A stretch of DNA of 63,035 bases, filler included, from Octopus bimaculoides (GCF_001194135.2; 3 parts of 2 records of this genome joined end to end with filler, not necessarily neighbours in it), one strand, 5' to 3'. Shown: positions 1 to 12,281, counted from the first letter of the whole stretch. Program-made: numbers and translations. The notes: a model not told the origin generated them from the sequence alone.

Positions 1-263
1 CGTTGCCAGTGCCCCTGGACTGGCTTGTGCGGGTGGCACATAAAAGACACCATTTCGAGCGTGGCCGTTTTCGTGCGGGTGACACGTAAAAGCACCCACT
101 ACACTCTCTGAGTGGTTGGCGTTAGGAAGGGCATCCAGCTGTAGAAACTCTGCCAAATCAGACTGGAGCCTGGTCTTGCCATCCGGTTTCACCAGTCCTC
201 AGTCAAATCGTCCAACCCATGCTAGCATGGAAAGCGGACGTTAAACGATGATGATGATGATGA
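1..263 (+). mobile_element. RTE-clade LINE 3' UTR fragment ending in (GAT)n
   Basis: Near-identical to the UTR following the RTE ORF2 C-terminus at 9813-10238; ends CCAACCCATGCTAGCATGGAAAGCGGACGTTAAAC(GAT)n. Confidence 0.85.
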
Positions 264-282
264 TATATATATATATATATAT

Positions 283-445
283 TGATTTGATGTACGAATT
301 TTCGTCATCACTGTTATATCTGAACTGTCATAATATCAAACATTCCTGATGTTCTCTTATTAATCTCCAACTGTGTATCATCAACAAGCTCTCCACGATA
401 TCTATTCAATAATTCTTAAGGCCTCTACACTATGACTGCGCATAT
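283..445 (-). repeat. 3' LTR of the gypsy element
   Basis: Aligns to 2277-2441; inner boundary uncertain (may reach the TAACA at 465). Confidence 0.8.
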
Positions 446-558
446 GTGCGTGTTTATCATTAACACCTTAGAACATTCTTCGTCTACCTACAGCTGTAAA
501 TAAGCTTCTGATAAATCCAATTTAGAAAAGAGTTTGCCCCCATTAAACTTGGCAATGG

Positions 559-1200
559 TTAGTTATAAGTTTTCAGACATTCATTAAATCCTATCAGAAA
601 ATCGGTGCAAACCCTTATTTTCTTTTTCTTTTTTATGTACTCATTTGGTGCTGCCCATTCTGAATAGGCTAATTTTTGTATTACGCCAATATTCTCAAGT
701 TTTTTCAATTCTTTTTTCACTTGATTCAGTTCCACAAAAGGCACAGCTCTCTTCGGCTTAAAAACCAGAACGGCATTTTCTTTCAGTTGGAATTTCACTT
801 TTATTTTCGTACACCAAGTCAATCCAAAAATAACATGAGAATATAATTTTTTAAATTTCATTTTTAACTTCTCAGATTCCTTGTTCGGACTGGCATGCGA
901 CACATTCCCATTATTACAGAAAATACTTACGGGAAAATTCCACAAATTAAATATCTCCATCCAATCTGAACCAAACAGATTCATGGTATTTTCTGATATG
1001 TAGACCTTCGCTTTGAACGTCTTCCCATGAAATGTTACATCTGGCCTCAATTCGCCCAGGAATCAAACTTGCTGTCCAGAGACTCCTCAAGCTATTTGCT
1101 TTGTTTTCTTGAATGTAGATCTTGCAATTTTCTTCCAAGTTTCAGTATTTATTATTAAAATATTGCTCCCTTGTGCGTACATTATTAATTTTTGCAGATA
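559..1200 (-). pseudogene. Gypsy pol fragment: aspartic protease plus N-terminus of RT, disrupted
   Basis: GSNILIINTETWKKI (degenerate DTG region), FLGELRPDV..NLFGSDWMEIFNLW, FQLKENAVLVFKPKRAVPF, LENIGVIQKLAYSEWAAP..KIRVCTDF; stops and frameshifts present. Confidence 0.85.
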
Positions 1201-1247
1201 CCAATTTTCATTTTTTTGTCTCACTTTCCATTTTCATTGAAAACACT

Positions 1248-2192
1248 TTATTTGTTTTTCTGTTCGGCCCTTTTCTTTTTTGCCCAACACTGCAACTGTT
1301 TATGCCCCATTTTACCACAAACAAAACATTCTTTATTCCTAAAAGGGCAGTCCCTTTTGCAGTGCATCTCGCCACAACCAAAACATGGTTTGGGCCTTGT
1401 TTGATTTATTTTTTTTGTTTTGTCATTGGTCAACAAGCCTGTACATTTATTTTATTATTTTCAATTTTTTCAGTATCCTGACATAGGTTAATAATACGGT
1501 GACATTCTTCTGCCACTTTTTGCAAGATTAATTCAATGTCTTGTGTCAATTTTGTTAATATTCTTACTCGTATTTCTGCATCCTCACTTGCAATTAAGTC
1601 CTTTGATAAATATCAAACATTTAAACATATTTGGGGACAACTTTCCTAACTTGAATTTTTCGCATGCTTTGTTTACAATTCCTGTATATGTAACAAAGTC
1701 ATCATTTTCATTTTTTTTTTGTAAATTTAACCATTCCCAACATACGTTGAATAGCGAGCTCTTTTCACCAAATATATTAGTTAATATTTTAATTGTATCT
1801 TCAAAACAAATTTCTGATGGCTTTTTTGGTAGCATAAAATTGCAGTATTTCTCCTGCTCTGATGGAGTTAGTTTACGCAAAAGAAGTCTTACCTTCTTTC
1901 CGTTTGTTCAGCCTTTGCACTCCTCTTTGAATATTTCTTTATACCTTCTATAGTATGAAGAAAATGTGATCCCATCTTCAGAATTATACAGGAATTCTTC
2001 AATGGAGTTGGCTACTCCATTTGCCGAATAGGACGCCGCTGCATTCTTGGATTGAAGCAATAACTCCATCAACTGTTGCTTTAGCTGTTGTTGTTGTTGT
2101 TGTTGCTGTTCATGGTTTTCTTGCTGCTGTTGTAACAGCTGCCACTGCAACTGTTGTTGTTGCTTCACAATGGAAGCTAGTAGGTCTTCCAT
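1248..2192 (-). pseudogene. Gypsy gag, frameshifted, with polyQ N-terminus and two zinc knuckles
   Basis: ORF pieces 1908-2192, 1584-1880 and 1248-1436; CFGCGEMHCKRDC and CFVCGKMGHKQLQC knuckles; LFNVCWEWLNL..FKCLIFIKGL resembles Mag-type gag. Confidence 0.85.
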
Positions 2193-2262
2193 TTCGACAC
2201 TCCTACAGGCGTTTGTAATCTCATTACCACTGTTATAACGACACCATCATACAGTGGGAAGT

Positions 2263-2275
2263 ATCCTCGTCGCCA
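2263..2275 (-). other. Primer-binding site complementary to the tRNA-Ser(GCU) 3' end
   Basis: Minus strand TGGCGACGAGGAT, 1 nt inside the LTR; complementary to ...AUCCUCGUCG-CCA as recalled for metazoan tRNA-Ser(GCU). Confidence 0.75.
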
Positions 2276-2276
2276 C

Positions 2277-2445
2277 TGATATAACATACAACTTCTCATC
2301 ATCACTGTTATATCTGAACTCTCATAATATCAAATGTCCCTGATGTTCTCTTATTACTCTCCAACTGTGTATCTTCAACAAGCACTCCACAGTGTCTCTA
2401 TTCAATAATTCCTACGACCTGTACTCTATGACTGCGCATATAACA
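2277..2445 (-). repeat. 5' LTR of the gypsy element
   Basis: TG...CA termini, aligns to 283-445, adjacent to PBS. Confidence 0.8.
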
Positions 2446-2533
2446 CTCTTTCCAGATTGTTCTGCACCTGCTCATTTATACTAACTAGCATAGTTCACTT
2501 AGCCAATCACGGGGGTGTACAGATTCCTCATAG

Positions 2534-2565
<32 letters not shown>

Positions 2566-2748
2566 NNNNNNNNNNNNNNNNNNNNNNNNNNNNNNNNNNN
2601 NNNNNNNNNNNNNNNNNNNNNNNNNNNNNNNNNNNNNNNNNNNNNNNNNNNNNNNNNNNNNNNNNNNNNNNNNNNNNNNNNNNNNNNNNNNNNNNNNNNN
2701 NNNNNNNNNNNNNNNNNNNNNNNNNNNNNNNNNNNNNNNNNNNNNNNN

Positions 2749-3506
2749 AACATTAGGCCTCACCAAGGCAATGACTTCTGACCAAGACCTTTGGAAATAT
2801 GTTGTGCATGAGAAGACCTGGCAAGCCAAGTGAGACCATAATCTGAGGCCTCTGCCAGGGATGTAGCCAGCCCACTTATGCATACCTTTCCTTCATTGGA
2901 CACTAAACTCTGCTTGCGAAGACCTGTTGAGGCAAGTGAAATCGAAATCGAACCAAATTCGACAACTGGCACCCATGCCAACCTCTCTTTCATTGGACAC
3001 TAAACTCGGCTTGCGAAGACCTATTGGGGCAAGTGAAATCGAAATCGTGATGGCATCTGTACCAACGGAGTGCTAAGAGCACCGTCCAAGCGCGATCATT
3101 GCCAGAGCAGTTGTCTGGCTTCTGTGTAAGTGGCCCGTAAATAGCACCATTTGAGCGTGATCATTACCAGCATCACCTTACTGGCACTTGTGCCGGTGGA
3201 ACGTGAACAAAACATTCGAGCAAGGTCGTTGCCAGTGCTGCTGGACTGACTCCTGTGCAGGTGGCACGTAAAAACACCATTTGAGCATGGCTGTTACCAG
3301 TACCGCGTGACTGGCTCTCGTGCCGGTAACACGTAAAAGCACCCACTACACTCTTGGAGTGGTTGGCATTAGGAAGGGCATCCAGCTGTAGAAACTTTGC
3401 CAGATCAGATTGGAGCCTGGTGTAACCATCCAGTTCACCAGTCCTCAGTCAAATCGTCCAACCCATGCTAGCATGGAAAGCAAACATTAAATGATGATGA
3501 TGATGA
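2749..3506 (+). mobile_element. RTE LINE 3' end, long-UTR variant with internal duplications
   Basis: Starts in the ORF2 C-terminal coding (LGLTKAMTSDQDLWKYVVHEKTWQAK*); an approximately 60-bp unit is duplicated at about 2890 and 2990; same terminal hairpin and (GAT)n tail. Confidence 0.8.
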
Positions 3507-3987
3507 TATATATACATATACACACATACATAAACACATTGTTAAAAGTGTGAAATTGTTATGACTTTTAGATGAGGGGCGAGCACATCCACATCTTGCG
3601 AGTGATTTTTTAATGTGTGCCTTTGTTGTTCTGTGCAACATTTCATGCTTGTATTTATATGTATGTGTATATACGTGTGTGTATATATGTATATACACAT
3701 GTAATTCCTACCAAATGAGTTGAGTGCCATTTTCTTTTGTTTATCCACTAGTATTTTTGTGCTCATGTCAATATATAATCTCGTTTGTCATTAACTTACT
3801 TTGATAGTGAATTGAAGATAAGACTTATTTCTTGCACCACCACCACCACCACCTCCCAACCAATCTCAACCCCACCCCCACTCCCAGTGGTCTAATCAGA
3901 CGTTTGGCCAGTGAAATATGTTGAAGTTGTGTATTAAAGGAGAGACAGATAAAGACCAGTTGACAAACAGATTAACAGGATGTGATT

Positions 3988-4064
<77 letters not shown>

Positions 4065-4320
4065 TGATTAAATACATGTTTCACCAAGATACTTTGTGTG
4101 TGTGTGTGTGTGTGGTGTGTGTCAGCCTGACAGGGTCTGTATATCTCAGAAGCTGTAACCAGAGTCTTAGTTGTTAAGCCTGGTTCCATGTGTAGAGAAG
4201 ACCTGTTATTGCTAACGTTCTTTCTAACAACAACCTTGGACACCCTTTTTCAATTTCGTATATTTAACACTCGAGAAAACGCTTATAAAATCAACAATCA
4301 ACACAGAACCCATGACTGTA

Positions 4321-4522
4321 TTTATTCTTTTACTCGCTTCAGTTATTTGACTGTGGCCATTCTGGAGCACCGCCTTTAGTCGAACAAATCAACCCCAGGA
4401 TTTATTCTTTGTAGGCCTAATACTTATTCTATTGGTCTCTTTTGCCAAACAGTTAAGTTACAGGGATGTAAACACACTGACATTAGTCATTAAGTGATGG
4501 TGGGGGGACAAATACAAATATA

Positions 4523-4564
<42 letters not shown>

Positions 4565-4718
4565 GGCTTCTTTCAGTTTCCGTCTACCAAATCCACTCAC
4601 AAGGCTTTGGTCGGCCTGAGGCTATAGAAGACACTTGCCTAAGGTGCCATGCAGTGGGGCTGAACCCAGAACCTTGTGGTTGGGAAGCAAGCTACTTACC
4701 ACACAGCTACTCCTACGC
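4321..4718 (-). mobile_element. tRNA-derived CORE-type SINE with internal microsatellite (family A)
   Basis: Head GGAGTAGCTGTGTGGTAAG..GGTTCAGCCCCAC (A/B-box-like), CORE-like GGCACCTTAGGCAAGTGTCTT, internal (TA)n, tail AGTAAAAGAAT; about 10 copies in window. Confidence 0.75.
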
Positions 4719-4734
4719 CTTTGTAGATTTTTTT

Positions 4735-4980
4735 CTTTCATCTTTTACTTGTTTCTGTCACTAGGCAATGGCCATGCTGGGGCACCATCTTGAAGTCGAT
4801 CACTTTCTTTTGCCTAACCACTAAGTTACAGGGGTGTAAATAAACCAATACTGGTTGTCAAGTTGTGGTGGGAGACAAACACAAAGACACGCGTCAGCAC
4901 ACACACACATGATGGGCTTCTTTGAGATTCTTGCTCATAATGCTTTTGGTCAGCCAGATTCACTTACCCAAGGTGCCACA
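4735..4980 (-). mobile_element. SINE family A, diverged partial copy
   Basis: Similarity to 4321-4718. Confidence 0.6.
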
Positions 4981-4988
4981 CACACATG

Positions 4989-5017
<29 letters not shown>

Positions 5018-5022
<5 letters not shown>

Positions 5023-5098
5023 ATGACCCCATGACCAATCAGGCTATCAGATGTTATACATCACTGGTCACAATGCACTTTGCATTGTTTAAGCCTTG
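5018..5098 (+). repeat. Unclassified interspersed repeat fragment
   Basis: Reverse-complement match to about 58975-59050 (ATCACATGA..ATGACC..GATGTT..ATACATC..CACAATGCACTTTGCAT). Confidence 0.55.
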
Positions 5099-5330
5099 AT
5101 TGGATCAACACGAACCCACATTGTTGTAACCGACAGAGCGCCACAACAACAATGTGTAGCACGCGAAACAGCTGTTAGCCTAAGGATCACAAGTGGTTAA
5201 GTAAAAATATTCATCTCTCATTCCTCCAGACTCTTTTCAATTTATAAACTCCTCATATGTCAATAATTATTTTAATTATTATATAATAAATTTACAAGGT
5301 TACTTTTGTTGTTATTGTAATTATTTTAAC

Positions 5331-5605
5331 TAGGGCTGTGGAGTTGGAGTCATGGAGTCGGAAACAATTAAGGGGTAAGTGGAGTCAGAATTGGTAAAAC
5401 TATACTGACTCCGACTCACAATATTTTTATTCTTTAATATAAACCAGTTATAACATACAGGCCTCTTCAAAGTACAAGCGTATGCATATGCTTTATGAGA
5501 TATGTAGATCTCAATCACTTGATTATATAAAGAGGAGTCGGAGGTGCCAATAGTAGAGGAATCAGAGTACGAGTCGAAGTTTTTTGTTTCGACTCCACAG
5601 CCCTG
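5331..5605. mobile_element. hAT-like MITE
   Basis: TIRs TAGGGCTGTGGAGT / ACTCCACAGCCCTG with several subterminal GGAGTC(G) motifs; no clear TSD. Confidence 0.7.
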
Positions 5606-5859
5606 GTTATCCCTAATGAGGCAGAAACCATAACAATCCTATTTTTTTAGGTGTATTGAGTACTAAATTATCTAATTTGTTCTTCTTTGAAGATGGTACA
5701 GTGTCATTACATGACCATTAGCTATTATTTCTAGCAGAAGACGTAGTTAAGAAGCTTACCTTAAACAATTCACCAGTTTTCAATTAAACCTGCAAAATAA
5801 TATAAGAAATATATGAGTATGTGCGTGAATTTGTGTGTAGATGTATGTGTATGTGTGTG

Positions 5860-5896
<37 letters not shown>

Positions 5897-5897
<1 letters not shown>

Positions 5898-6237
5898 AGG
5901 CACATGGCTCAGGGGTTAGAATATCAGGCTTACAATCATGTGGTAGTGAGTTCAATTTGCAGACAAGGCTGTGTGTTGTGTTCTTGAGCAAGACACTTTA
6001 TTTCATGTTACTCCAATTCACTCAGCTGTAGAAATGAGTCGCAATGTCACAGGTGCTGAACTGTATCGGCCCCTTTGCCTTTCCCTTGGATAACACTGGT
6101 GGCGTGGAGAGGGGAGGTTGGTATGCATGGGCGACTGCTGGTCTTCCATGAAGGACCTTGTCCAGACTTGTGCCTCGGCGGGGAACTTTTTAAGTGCAAT
6201 CCCACGATCATACATGACTGAAGGGGGTCTTTACCCT
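5897..6237 (+). mobile_element. tRNA-derived CORE-type SINE (family B)
   Basis: Head GGCACATGGCTCAGGGGTTAG..GAGTTCAAT; CORE-like TGTGTTCTTGAGCAAGACACTT; related heads at about 10450-10580, 37405 and 42680. Confidence 0.7.
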
Positions 6238-6355
6238 ACACACACAAACACATATACAAGACCTGTCCATAGTAGAAGAGTTACAGCCACACATCCAGGT
6301 GAAGAGAATCAGCCCGCATGTATGTATGTATGTATGTATGTATGTATAAGAAGTG

Positions 6356-6903
6356 GGATCTTTTTTAAAACGGGGGCCACATTTTTCATTAACGAAACAC
6401 TTTGACACTTGGAACACTGGTAGAATGTGTCATATAAAACATCTTTTTCTCTTAGTCTTCTTTAAAAAAAAAGAAATCCCTAAGTTATTCCATGTTAAAG
6501 TTGTCGTATTTCTGTAATTTCAACCAATCACTGACGTCCATTCAGCCGATATACATTAAGTGCCGACTACATAAACAAACGATTCTGAAACAATTAACCC
6601 TAACCCTAACCCTAGGGTTAGGGTTCGGGTTAAAGCATATTTAAAATGAAAAAAGCAAATAAAACGAAGAATCGTTTGTTTATGTAGTCGGCACTTAATG
6701 TATATCAGCTGAATGGACGTCAGTGATTGGTTGAAATTATCGAAATAAGACAATTTTTTACATGAAATAAATTCGAATACAAAAATATTTTTCTGTTCTA
6801 TAACACAAAATAGATAAGTATACGAAGTTTGAAAGTCTTTCCGTACCAAAAACACTACGTAAAACATTAATGAAAAATGTGGCCCTCGTTTTAAAAAAGA
6901 TCC
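6356..6903. mobile_element. Nested-palindrome MITE with central telomeric repeats (Merlin-like termini)
   Basis: About 36-bp TIRs starting GGATC; 8-bp flanks AAGAAGTG/GAGAAGTG; inner inverted arms about 6515-6586 and 6669-6739; central (CCCTAA)n/(TTAGGG)n. Confidence 0.8.
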
Positions 6904-7263
6904 GAGAAGTGTTCTTCATTTCCAGTGTTTCCATGGAAAACATGCCTGGCCATGAAGTAATATTACTTGGCTTAGAAACAGAGGAGGGTTAGTGAGAGGA
7001 GGGGCATAGAAACAGATGATGATGATGATGCATGTGTGTGTGTGTGTGTGTGTGTGTGTATCGGTGCAAAATAAACACACATATTTCACAAGGCATACAG
7101 GATATTTTGTGCAAAGCATTTGTCACCGAGAGTGATCTATAATTAAAACTAATTGAAAACTTAATTAGATCTATGTCAAAAGCCTGCATAAATGGAAATT
7201 AATAGAACCCACAAAATACAAATACAAAGATTTTGCATGCGTGCATAAAACATTAATAAGCAT

Positions 7264-7300
<37 letters not shown>

Positions 7301-7429
7301 NNNNNNNNNNGTGTGTAGATATCAAATTTATTTATGTATTTCATCTGACTTCTTCAGCTATGATTATACATCCGCTTCAAAGGTATAAAGCATAAATGTC
7401 GGTTGTTATATAATGATAAATAATTACAG

Positions 7430-7600
7430 TACACACACCACCGTCATCCTCATCATTTAACCTCCGCTTTCCATGCTGGCAAGGGTTGGCTGAAATTTGC
7501 TGAGGCAGATTTTCTATTGGCTGGATGTCCTTCTGTTGCAAACATTTACTTGTTTCCAAGAAAGATAAAATTTTCCCCATGCTCACATGTTTTCATGGAA
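7430..7600 (-). mobile_element. Short element with RTE-type 3' tail
   Basis: Reverse complement ends CCAACCCTTGCCAGCATGGAAAGCGGAGGTTAAATGATGAG. Confidence 0.6.
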
Positions 7601-7699
7601 AATTGAAAACGGAGGCCACTGCTTGCACAACAGCGACACTCAAACTATCACGTGATGTCAAGACAATGAAAGAGTACTTTGAATATAACAATAGATTAA

Positions 7700-8419
7700 T
7701 TTTAAATATAAAATAACTTAGTTAACATTAAGCTTGTGTTAGGAACATAAATTGTGACTAAGGTTTGGTGGAAGATTTTAATTCAAAACTTATGAAAACA
7801 AGACATTTGTACAACAGATCTACAGGCGGTTTCAGCCAGGTTGGTAACGAAAGGGTTAAAAATTGTTTCTCTATTATATATTNNNNNNNNNNNNNNNNNN
7901 NNNNNNNNNNNNNNNNNNNNNNNNNNNNNNNNNNNNNNNNNNNNNNNNNNNNNNNNNNNNNNNNNNNNNNNNNNNNNNNNNNNNNNNNNNNNNNNNNNNN
8001 NNNNNNNNNNNNNNNNNNNNNNNNNNNNNNNNACATTAAGCTTGTGTTAGGAACATAAATTGTGACTAAGGTTTGGTGGAAGATTTTAATTCAAAACTTA
8101 TGAAAACAAGACATTTGTACAACAGATCTACAGGCGGTTTCAGCCAGGTTGGTAACGAAAGGGTTAAAAATTGTTTCTCTATTATATATTTTTACCCTTT
8201 TGTTCCCATATTTCTGTTGAGATGCTCTGTGTTTCTTTCAATTAATTCTAAATATAACAAAGAATTTAGTAAAATAACTTAGTTATCATTAAACTAGTGT
8301 TAGGAACATAAATTGTGACTAAGGTTTGGTGGAAGATTTTAATTCAAAACTTATGAAAACAAGACATTTGTACTCAGAGCCAGAGGTGGTTTCAGCCGGG
8401 TTGGTAATGAAAAGGTTAA
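7700..8419 (+). mobile_element. Cluster of piggyBac-like TTAA MITE copies (about 228-bp unit)
   Basis: Full copy 8191-8419 bounded by TT(T/A)ACCC...AGGTTAA; partial copies end AGGGTTAA at about 7860 and 8167. Confidence 0.7.
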
Positions 8420-9573
8420 ATACTGAAGCATTGTGTGATGGGGCATAAGTTCATAAAGGTAAAAACCTTGTCAATCACAAAACTGAACTGTGTTTGTCCC
8501 CCACTGAGAGACAACAGGGTTGAAATTCACTTCAAATGGGTGAACATTCATACAAAATCCTGTTAAGACATGTCACCAGAACTTCTAAATAGCAAAAAAA
8601 AAAAGTTGACTTAAAACTTCACCCTTTTAAAACTGGATGAAATAATTGTTGAAGAGTTAAATATTGAGTGATATTTGGTTATGAACCTTTAAGTTTTGAG
8701 TTCATTTCCTACTGAGATCACCATTTTGTTTCTTAATCTACCACAGAAGGATGAAAGATAAAGTACCAGTTGAATACTGGGGTTGATTTGTGGGTCGGTT
8801 GGTTGGCTGGGTTTTCCAGTCTCATTTTACATCACACATAAAGAAAGAAAAGGGGCAAGAGTAGTAGATAGAGAGGGTTAACATGAAAGGTCCAAGGTAA
8901 GTGCACATACTAAGCTTTATGGCAGGCAATGAGTAAGAGAATGCTGGACACTCACACATGCATGCACGCACACACATACATGCATACACACAGTGAGACA
9001 GAGTAATAGAGACAGGGAGAAGTGAGAGTGAAAAAGAGAGAGTTAACATAAGCGGTACAAGATGAGTGCACATACTAGGCTTGGTGGCATGTAATGAGTA
9101 AAGGAATACCATATACCAAAGTGGACAGTACTGCCCCACTGGGTGATGGCGTGGAAAGATCCAGAAAATCAGGGCGGTAATGGGGGTGACCAAAACGGGG
9201 CAATGGATGTAAAAAAAAAACAAAGAAAATAAAGGGTTAATTAGATTCAGTTTTATTTGTGAAATACTGTTGTTTTGAAATTTGCTGTAGAAAACGGTCT
9301 CTGTCTGTGATGAGTGGTGGGGGTGGGGCACTAGGAATGTGACCCTAGAATCAAGGGGGCAGCAGCCTGAACAAATTTGGTACCCACTGCCATACACAAT
9401 GAAAGAGAAAGAATCCTAGAGACAGAGGAAGAGGAGAGGGAATCAATGACACTAATTATACAAACAAGAAATTTGTTTCATTCAATTTTATTCTATGGTG
9501 ACAAATATTATTCTTTTGAAAATTGGTATCCATTTTATGATTTTGTCTAAACATTAGAAGCATCAGTTGTGGT

Positions 9574-10238
9574 GTGCAAGAGAGACGATTGCGCTGGTAT
9601 GGACATGTGGTGAGAATGGATGAGGATAGCTGCGTGAAAAAGTGCCACACCCTAACAGTTGAGGGAACCCGTGGAAGAGGTAGGCCCAGGAAGACCTGGG
9701 CTGAGGTGGTGAGACAAGACCTTCGTACATTGGGCCTCACCGAGGCGATGACTACTGACCGAGACCTTTGGAAATGTGCTGTGCGTGAGAAGACCCGGCA
9801 AGCCAAGTAAGATCGTTGCCAGTGCCCCTGGACTGGCTCTTGTGCGGGNNNNNNNNNNNNNNNNNNNNNNNNNNNNNNNNNNNNNNNNNNNNNNNNNNNN
9901 NNNNNNNNNNNNNNNNNNNNNNNNNNNNNNNNNNNNNNNNNNNNNNNNNNNNNNNNNNNNNNNNNNNNNNNNNNNNNNNNNNNNNNNNNNNNNNNNNGCG
10001 GGTGGCACATAAAAGACACCATTTCGAGAGTGGCCGTTTTCGTGCGGGTGACACGTAAAAGCACCCACTACACTCTCTGAGTGGTTGGCGTTAGGAAGGG
10101 CATCCAGCTGTAGAAACTCTGCCAAATTAGATTGGAGCCTGGTGTTGCCATCCGGTTTCACCAGTCCTCAGTCAAATCGTCCAACCCATGCTAGCATGGA
10201 AAGTGGACGTTAAACGATGATGATGATGATGATGATGA
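9574..10238 (+). mobile_element. 5'-truncated RTE LINE: ORF2 C-terminus plus 3' UTR
   Basis: QERRLRWYGHVVRMDEDSCVKKC..GTRGRGRPRKTW..DRDLWK is the typical RTE ORF2 end; (GAT)n tail. Confidence 0.92.
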
Positions 10239-10289
10239 CTAAGAAATTTGATAAAAGTTAGACCATTATTACTGTAACTGGCACTTCAT

Positions 10290-10585
10290 CTGACAACCAG
10301 GGTTCCCGTTGATTCGGATCAACAGAACAGCCTGCTCGTAGAATTAACATGCAAGTGGCTGAGCACTCCACGTGTACCGTTTTCTCAGGGAGATTCAATA
10401 TAACAGAGAATGTGAGGAGGTTAGATCCTTTGAAATACAGGTACTACTCATTTCTACCAGCTGAATGGACTGGAGCAACGTGAAATAAAGTGTCTTGCTC
10501 AAGGACACAACATACCCCCTAGGAATCGAACTCACAACCTTACAATCAAGAGCCGTAAGCCCAAACCACTAAGCAATGTCTGCCA
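10290..10585 (-). mobile_element. tRNA-derived CORE-type SINE (family B related)
   Basis: Reverse complement shows tRNA-like head with GAGTTCGATTCC B box and TGTGTCCTTGAGCAAGACACTT. Confidence 0.65.
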
Positions 10586-10689
10586 TTTACTGCAGCCCTG
10601 GTCATCACTTCTACTCTTGACATTTTGGCCATGCTGTCCTCGATATTCTCCTTAAAAACCACATTTCACAGCTCTCCAAACATCTCATT

Positions 10690-11095
10690 CATGATGTTAT
10701 AGACCATACCCCACTTCCAATCATTAACACAGGGTAGACATAGCAGTTCAATAAATGGATCCTGGTCTTCATGTTCAGAGTATGGTTTCTCAAGATGTTA
10801 ACCAATTTTGAGAATGCAAATTTCGCCAGCACCATTTGCCTTTTGATCTCCTCCACACATCTTGCATCTTCTGTGATCAAAGTCTAGAGGTAGTTGAAGA
10901 ATGATACCTGCTCAATGATTTGATAGTTTGCTTTCAGCAAGCCCTTTGGGATTCCCTTCACCAGCATAGACTCTGTCTTCTTGCAATTTATGAACAGACC
11001 CTTCCTCTCTCTTTCTCTAACCATTACAGCCAGAAGTCTCTGAAGTTCCTTTTCTGATTCTGTAAGTCAGACTGTGTCATCTGCATATCTTACGT
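10690..11095 (-). pseudogene. RTE LINE reverse-transcriptase fragment
   Basis: RYADDTV..KELQRLL..GLFINCKKTE..EQVSFFNYL..ITEDARCVEEIKRQMVLAKFAF..TRIHLLNCYVYPVL; in-frame stops. Confidence 0.88.
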
Positions 11096-11186
11096 TTGTG
11101 ACATTTCTACTATATTTCCTGATATTTCGCATGGAGAAAAAAGCATAATGCCAACGACACCCATTACATGACAATTGATACTAGTA

Positions 11187-11572
11187 CAGCAGAGCCTCAC
11201 AGTACGAGTGCCCCATTGTACAAGTAATTTGCTGGAGAAGATTTGTGTGAACTTTTGTCTTGAAGTACAAGCGGAAATCCGCAGTTCAAGCATGCAAATT
11301 GTCCTATCTTTAAGATAATTCATCTTTAAGATAATAATTTACATACTTCTCTTGCATTCTCTTTTTTTTTTATAATTGTCATTTTACTTGTAACTACACC
11401 TTTTCTGTTTTAAAACCCCTAAAAAATTATTTTTGAGTGGTTTTTGTTGGGCTGGAACAGATTAATTATGTTCAAGTTAATTTCAATGGGGTAAATTGAT
11501 TTGTAGAACGAGTAAATCATGAGACGAGCTCGGTCGTGGAACAAATTAAACTCGTACTGCAAGGTATCGCTG
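11187..11572. mobile_element. Tigger/pogo-like MITE
   Basis: TA flanks; 23-bp TIRs CAGCAGAGCCTCACAGTACGAGT vs CAGCGATACCTTGCAGTACGAGT (17/23 identical). Confidence 0.65.
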
Positions 11573-12103
11573 TATTCCTATAATGTGAATGGAATTATAA
11601 CAGAAGACCAAGATAATAACAAAAACAAACAAAAAAATGTCCATTTTAAAGTTTTCATATTTTAATTAAAACTTCTTGGACAATTTAATTTCACAAACTT
11701 TTATCAATTCTTATTGTAAAAACTAGTTTAGTAATTAAAAACTCAGTTATTTTATTAAATCCCACTGAATTTTTAATTATTTCCACAATAAAAACACACA
11801 GACTCAGTATGTTGAATTTGAAATGTCATCATGAAAAGGTTAATTAATTTAACCTAAGCCATAATAATAATTACTTTGTAATAATTAATATATGGTTGTG
11901 TATTTTAGGAAAGACTTCTTGTATCTAAACGAGGACGGTCTGTGCGTCTCTTCTTTCTCGCTCTCTTTCTGGATATATGTATGTACATATGAATGTATGT
12001 GTGTATGTATGTATGTATGTATCTATCTGTCTGCCTGTCTGTCTGTTTCTTCAACAGTTCTTAAGCAAGAGTGATAGAGTAAGTGAGATAAGAGATGAAA
12101 GGG

Positions 12104-12107
<4 letters not shown>

Positions 12108-12160
<53 letters not shown>

Positions 12161-12223
12161 GGAAGAGTGTGTGAGAAAAGAGGAGAGAGGTAAAAGAGAA
12201 AAATGGCTTCAGAGAGGATAAGC

Positions 12224-12281
<58 letters not shown>

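Larger units (their letters stand above)
283..2445 (-). mobile_element. Internally deleted Ty3/gypsy (Mag-like) LTR retrotransposon
   Basis: Direct repeats 283-445 and 2277-2441 (about 85% identical by eye, both starting TGAT); PBS next to the upstream LTR; disrupted gag with two CCHC knuckles, protease and RT start; rest of pol absent. Confidence 0.88.

Noticed and set aside
6596-6632. Telomere fusion scar
   Set aside because: Orientation is (CCCTAA)n then (TTAGGG)n, very short, and inside a TIR/TSD-bounded element
7717-8190. Near-identical direct repeats flanking gaps (7717-7882 vs 8034-8190; 35945-36048 vs 36360-36465)
   Set aside because: Typical unmerged contig overlaps. Likewise the 150-N gap at 9849-9997 has no counterpart in the homologous copy at 1-263
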